A stretch of DNA of 63,399 nucleotides, filler included, from Aduncisulcus paluster (Eukaryota), in assembly GCA_024181965.1 (NCBI GenBank). It is 11 parts of 11 records of this genome, joined end to end, with 100 filler letters (N's around TTAATTAATTAA, not from the genome) between each part and the next. Parts side by side here need not be neighbours in the genome. Positions count along the whole stretch, not along the records: positions 56,631 to 61,396 come from BQXS01011727.1; positions 61,497 to 63,399 come from BQXS01011730.1; 9 more parts are not named here. One strand, given 5' to 3'. Position 1 is the first letter of the stretch. The number at the start of each line of letters is the position of its first letter. The translations under genes were made by a program, and so were the position numbers. Shown here in pieces: positions 59,331-63,399 of the stretch. The notes below the pieces were generated by a model. The model was given only the letters and a program-made list of their open reading frames with translations, searched no databases and was not told the origin of the DNA.

Positions 59331-59370
59331 CCGGCATCACCCGGCATCACCCGGCATCACCCGGCATCAC
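59331..59370. repeat. (CCGGCATCAC)x4 tandem repeat
   Basis: Four perfect 10-bp units. Confidence 0.95.
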
Positions 59371-59848
59371 CGTTCTTCAGCCGACTTCCATAGGAAGTCA
59401 ATAAAGTGATTTCAAAGACAATGTTTACTAACGGCTCAAGACAAGATAATAGGAAGAAAATAAGTGAAATTAAAAGAATGAGCTCGATTAATAATAGAGA
59501 ATTAGTAATTTCCTCAGAGGTAGAGGTCCAGACAGATATATAAATAAGCAAACAAAAACAAAGTTTATGCAACAATTCCCGAGAAAACAAGGACAAAAAA
59601 AGAAGCCAAGAAAAGCTCGTGTTATAAAAAAACAACATGGGATATTGAAACACAATAAATAAGATTTAAACACCCCGTTCAAAGTACAACAATAATAAAA
59701 TAAATTCAAAGCCCGAGATCAAAGAAGTAACGGATGAGAATCACGATTACAAAAAGAGTAATAATTATGATAGATCGATAGACGATGTGAAAAAAAAAAC
59801 AACAGAAATGATATGTAATCAACGAATAATGATAGTTCTGGGCTTCAC

Positions 59849-61396
59849 TTAGCGTCTTTCAGTCACACTCAACCTAACATCAGCAAGAGCAAGGCCTTCG
59901 GCACCACTCTGGCTGTGGAGAGTTCTCTCGGCAACAGAAAATCCTCTGTGCTTGGTGAGGGAAGACAAATCGAGACGAGAAGCACCACGGGTCCTTCTGA
60001 TCTGTTTCATCATCTTCTCTCTGAACTGAATCTCATGGGTCTGGATGGGAACCCAAGCAAAGGCCAACAGAATCATGGCAATGAAACAGACAGGAGAGTT
60101 GTACAGGAACATTGTCATGACAGGGTCATAGTCAGCATCTCCTTTCACACCATCAACAATATCGGCAAGCTGTCCAAAGACAATGGGGAAGGCTGCACGA
60201 CCGATAGAGTTACCAAATTGGGCGATACCGAGGTTTGAACCATGGTCCTCAGGCTTTCCAAAGAGAGACAACAAGTAAATGAAGCAACCATGGGCAAGTC
60301 CCTCGAGAGATGTTGTGAACATCATAGGAATGACAGGCATGTATCTGGTCTCATAAGAGGGAGTGACATAACCGAGGAAGAGGTTTCCAATGAGCATGAC
60401 GAGAAGGTTGATGTGAATGGTGAAGACTTCTCCAATACGTTTGACGAGATAGGGGGTCAACAACTGTCCATACACAATGGTGATAAGACCAGGTCCAGAT
60501 TGAGTCAGAAGAACCATGAAAGAAGTGTCCTCGAAAATCCTAGCCTGGAGAACACCAGTATCAGTGATGTCTTCCTCTTCCATATACTCAGAGGCTGGAA
60601 CACGACTAAACCAACTAACATTGGTATCACGGTTGATACTGTAAATACCAACGGCAAAGGTGTATGCAATAAAGATCAAGACCCAGTTCTTGTTTGTGAT
60701 GAGACGTTTGAAGACAGAGAACCAATTTCTTTGAGCCTTAACACTCTCAGAAGTGGCCTCATCCTCACCTTCTTCTTTCTCCTCTTCCTTCTCAACAACC
60801 TTTTCCTTGATAGCAGTCATTTCCTTGCCACCTCCAGCTTTGATCATCTTGTTGGCAGCATGCAACTCCCTCTTGGCAAGAACAGTGGGAGCTGTTTCGG
60901 GGATGAGGAAGATAGCAATAAGAACACACAGAAGCAACAAAGTAGCAGAAGAATAACCGGCAATGAACATAATCTTTCTGTATTGATCACCAAAGGTCTC
61001 ATCTCCAGAGAGAATAGAGTCAAAGTTAATGATACCAGTGGTAAGGAAGTAGAAGACAACAGGACCAGCAAAGGCACCCGCGGCAGCGAAGGCCATCAAA
61101 ACACCAGAGAAGTAAGTTCTCTGCTTCATAGGAGCAATGTCAGACACAACAAGGTAACAAGTAGGCATAATGAGAGCAGCTAAACCAGAGATGGCACGGA
61201 TCATGAGGAATTCATTGTACTCTTCCGCATAGGCAAGCCAGATAGACATGGAGGTGTAAATGGTATACATCCAAATAAAAATAGCCTGTCTACCAACAAA
61301 ATCACTGATGTACTGAGCAAGAGGACTAGCAACGAACTGGACAATGTTGAAGATGGCCATAACCATCAAATATTTTCCTTCATCAACAGCAAGAAC
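59849..61396 (-). CDS. MFS transporter (DHA1/TetA-like), 5'-partial
   Basis: Motif A ISDFVGRQ, RAISG, vSD..P..R, IPET; many TM helices; frame open to the contig end. Confidence 0.9.
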   Translation of the reverse strand, partial: VLAVDEGKYLMVMAIFNIVQFVASPLAQYISDFVGRQAIFIWMYTIYTSMSIWLAYAEEYNEFLMIRAISGLAALIMPTCYLVVSDIAPMKQRTYFSGVLMAFAAAGAFAGPVVFYFLTTGIINFDSILSGDETFGDQYRKIMFIAGYSSATLLLLCVLIAIFLIPETAPTVLAKRELHAANKMIKAGGGKEMTAIKEKVVEKEEEKEEGEDEATSESVKAQRNWFSVFKRLITNKNWVLIFIAYTFAVGIYSINRDTNVSWFSRVPASEYMEEEDITDTGVLQARIFEDTSFMVLLTQSGPGLITIVYGQLLTPYLVKRIGEVFTIHINLLVMLIGNLFLGYVTPSYETRYMPVIPMMFTTSLEGLAHGCFIYLLSLFGKPEDHGSNLGIAQFGNSIGRAAFPIVFGQLADIVDGVKGDADYDPVMTMFLYNSPVCFIAMILLAFAWVPIQTHEIQFREKMMKQIRRTRGASRLDLSSLTKHRGFSVAERTLHSQSGAEGLALADVRLSVTERR

Positions 61397-61496
61397 NNNN
61401 NNNNNNNNNNNNNNNNNNNNNNNNNNNNNNNNNNNNNNNNTTAATTAATTAANNNNNNNNNNNNNNNNNNNNNNNNNNNNNNNNNNNNNNNNNNNN

Positions 61497-63399
61497 TTTA
61501 TCGTTCTATTGCTGATATATCATTCATTCCGTCTCAATTCAAGGACTCTTGTCCATACAAATACATTATTACAACGACGACAGCCTGCAGAAGCCTCTTC
61601 ATCCCATGAGTATACACGGATTTGGAGTGACTTTTGGAATCTTCTCACTGTTATCATCGTATTGTTTATTTTTCCTATTCTTATTTATCCTCTCTTTTCT
61701 TACTATAGTGCCTTTTTGGTTTTGATTGCTGATGTTGTATTTCCAAATGCGGGGTTTTCATCTCGACTCCAAAATATTCCATTATATTGGTTTTCTCAGC
61801 TCAACTTTGTTGACTCTCCAGGCTTGCTGTTGCTCATGTTTGGTTACCTCTCTGTATGTATATTCGCATATATGCACTTGTTTGTTACAATTGTTCAGGC
61901 AGCCCCCCCAATTTTGCTCCTCAAACCGCATCCTCACATGATTGTTGACAGTGAGTTTCCCCCTCAGGCTGTCCGAGCCTTTGGAATTATGATGTGGATC
62001 AAGTGTTTATTATCATCCTTTAATGTGACTCCCTCTATCACGTATGCCTTGTGCATGATCTGTGTTTTTTTTGTCATATGGATGGTAATAGATCGACAAC
62101 CTTTCTTCTCCTCAATTGTCAACAATAAGATAGTGTTTCTTTTGGGATTATGTGTAGGGATTTCCTTTGGCGATGTTATCTGGTTGAAACAACAAGTGAG
62201 TAAGACCGAAGATCCTTTGCAAGTCAACGATGAACTCTCTACGACAATTTATAACTTTGTTCTACGAATTCTTTGTATATTATCCATTACTCATCTAATA
62301 ATGATTATTAATGCAATTGTTCAATATGATATCATGAAACGAGTATTGAGATTTTTGAGGAGATTCAATAAGACAGGTGGAGGTGATATAGTTATTGGAG
62401 ATCGCTTGGTTCATCCAAATCATAAAAAGCGAGGCTTTGGGGAAGCTCCTGAGCAAAACCAGAAGATGTTCAAGCCTAAATCAGATCCGAAACAATTCGA
62501 GAATCCAAAAGACTCTGCAAGAGGGTTTCAACCAGACTTTGCAAAGGCATTTGTCCCTGATATAAGTATCCCATTCTTCAAACCTGTCAATACTTCCAAC
62601 TCGATTATCGGTGAAAATACCCTGACAGCCAGATTGAATTCAAAAACAACAGCTCGTAGTACCCATAGCCACACCTCCATTCCATCCAGCAAGGAGAGTA
62701 CGAGTGATAGCTATTCGTCTTCATCCCAACCCTCGGATCACAGGATTATTCGCGATACGATTCCCATTGTTAGTATTTCAGATGGGAAAGTATCTCCAAG
62801 CCCTGGACAATTTGATCCATCTGTGCTAATGCAGATTCCAAATCTGCTTGTTGCTCGAGAGTCTCCATCTGGAGATAGCAGTGCATCTTCTTCTGAACAA
62901 GAAGCGGGTATCAACTATATTTCAATACCTACACCAAATCCATCTGATGTTGCTTCAAGAAGTGATATTTCACATTCATCTTCGTTGATGAAAGGTGAAG
63001 AAACTAGATCAAATATTGCAACAAGATCAGTTGCTATAAGTAAGGATTCATTATCGTCGAGTAATTCTTCTTATTCTTCCTCTCCAGAGTCTTCTTCGTC
63101 TGACATTGAAAGGTTGATTGAAGAAAAGTGGATGGTTCCAACTCATTCTTTGCATTCATGCCATTGTAATCCTCTCTCCCCCCCATTGTCACACTCATTT
63201 TCATCCCCTCACTGTTCATTTTGTCCTACAAAGCCCTCAATATCCATGCAATGTTCCCACTCTCCAATCGTGATGCATATTCACACAGACACAGAGGTTG
63301 GTCCAAGGATCGAAAAATGGAGGAAATTGATGAGAACAAAGTATGGAATGGGTGAAAAAGAATGGGAATGGAGATGGAAGAATGCTTCAATCCCTCATC
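61497..63399 (+). CDS. Internal fragment of a multi-pass membrane protein with Ser-rich cytosolic region (not in the ORF track)
   Basis: By manual reading, the frame starting at 61497 has no stop to the window end: FIVLLLIYHSF...VIIVLFIFPILIYPLF...DRQPFFSSIVNNKIVFLLG...SSSPESSSSDIE. Confidence 0.8.

Noticed and set aside
60242..61183. Long antisense or alternative-frame ORFs (also 10217-10723, 32055-32867, 1632-2105)
   Set aside because: Explained by codon bias or low complexity of the real gene; no motifs.
13624..61496. Ten regularly structured TTAATTAATTAA palindromes flanked by Ns, and ORFs ending in X..LIN
   Set aside because: Synthetic contig linkers; adjacency across them has no biological meaning (for example Gypsy next to DBR1).

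Overview
Gene-dense, AT-rich eukaryotic (protist) DNA in the standard genetic code, with short GTATGT...YAG introns. It is 11 unrelated contigs joined by artificial 100-nt linkers (44N-TTAATTAATTAA-44N), and five 20-N scaffold gaps have duplicated flanks. Gene content (annexin-like protein, GH25 lysozyme, expanded LRR/Cys-rich surface protein, ciliary genes) suggests a free-living flagellate, possibly a fornicate/Carpediemonas-like metamonad; this is inference only. Host genes: Hsp70 (partial), a USP with its catalytic Cys replaced by Ser, RING-WD40, annexin-like, alpha-tubulin acetyltransferase, lysozyme, TPR-transglutaminase, phosphohexomutase, DDX56/Dbp9, Rab, Aurora, Dbr1, a chromodomain/AT-hook protein and an MFS transporter. 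Hsp70, a 58-aa BBS18/BBIP10, a three-exon MYCBP and a contig-spanning membrane protein are missing from the ORF track. Contig 42108-56530 is almost entirely mobile DNA: chromodomain-bearing Ty3/Gypsy remnants, two tyrosine recombinase genes, three hAT/CGGBP1-like transposase fragments and an apparently intact Gypsy gag-pol. The most unusual signal is upstream of that gag-pol. A putative 182-bp LTR contains a tRNA-derived Pol III unit at canonical tRNA spacing, and it is followed by a non-tRNA primer-binding-site motif that recurs as an identical 16-mer on another contig.
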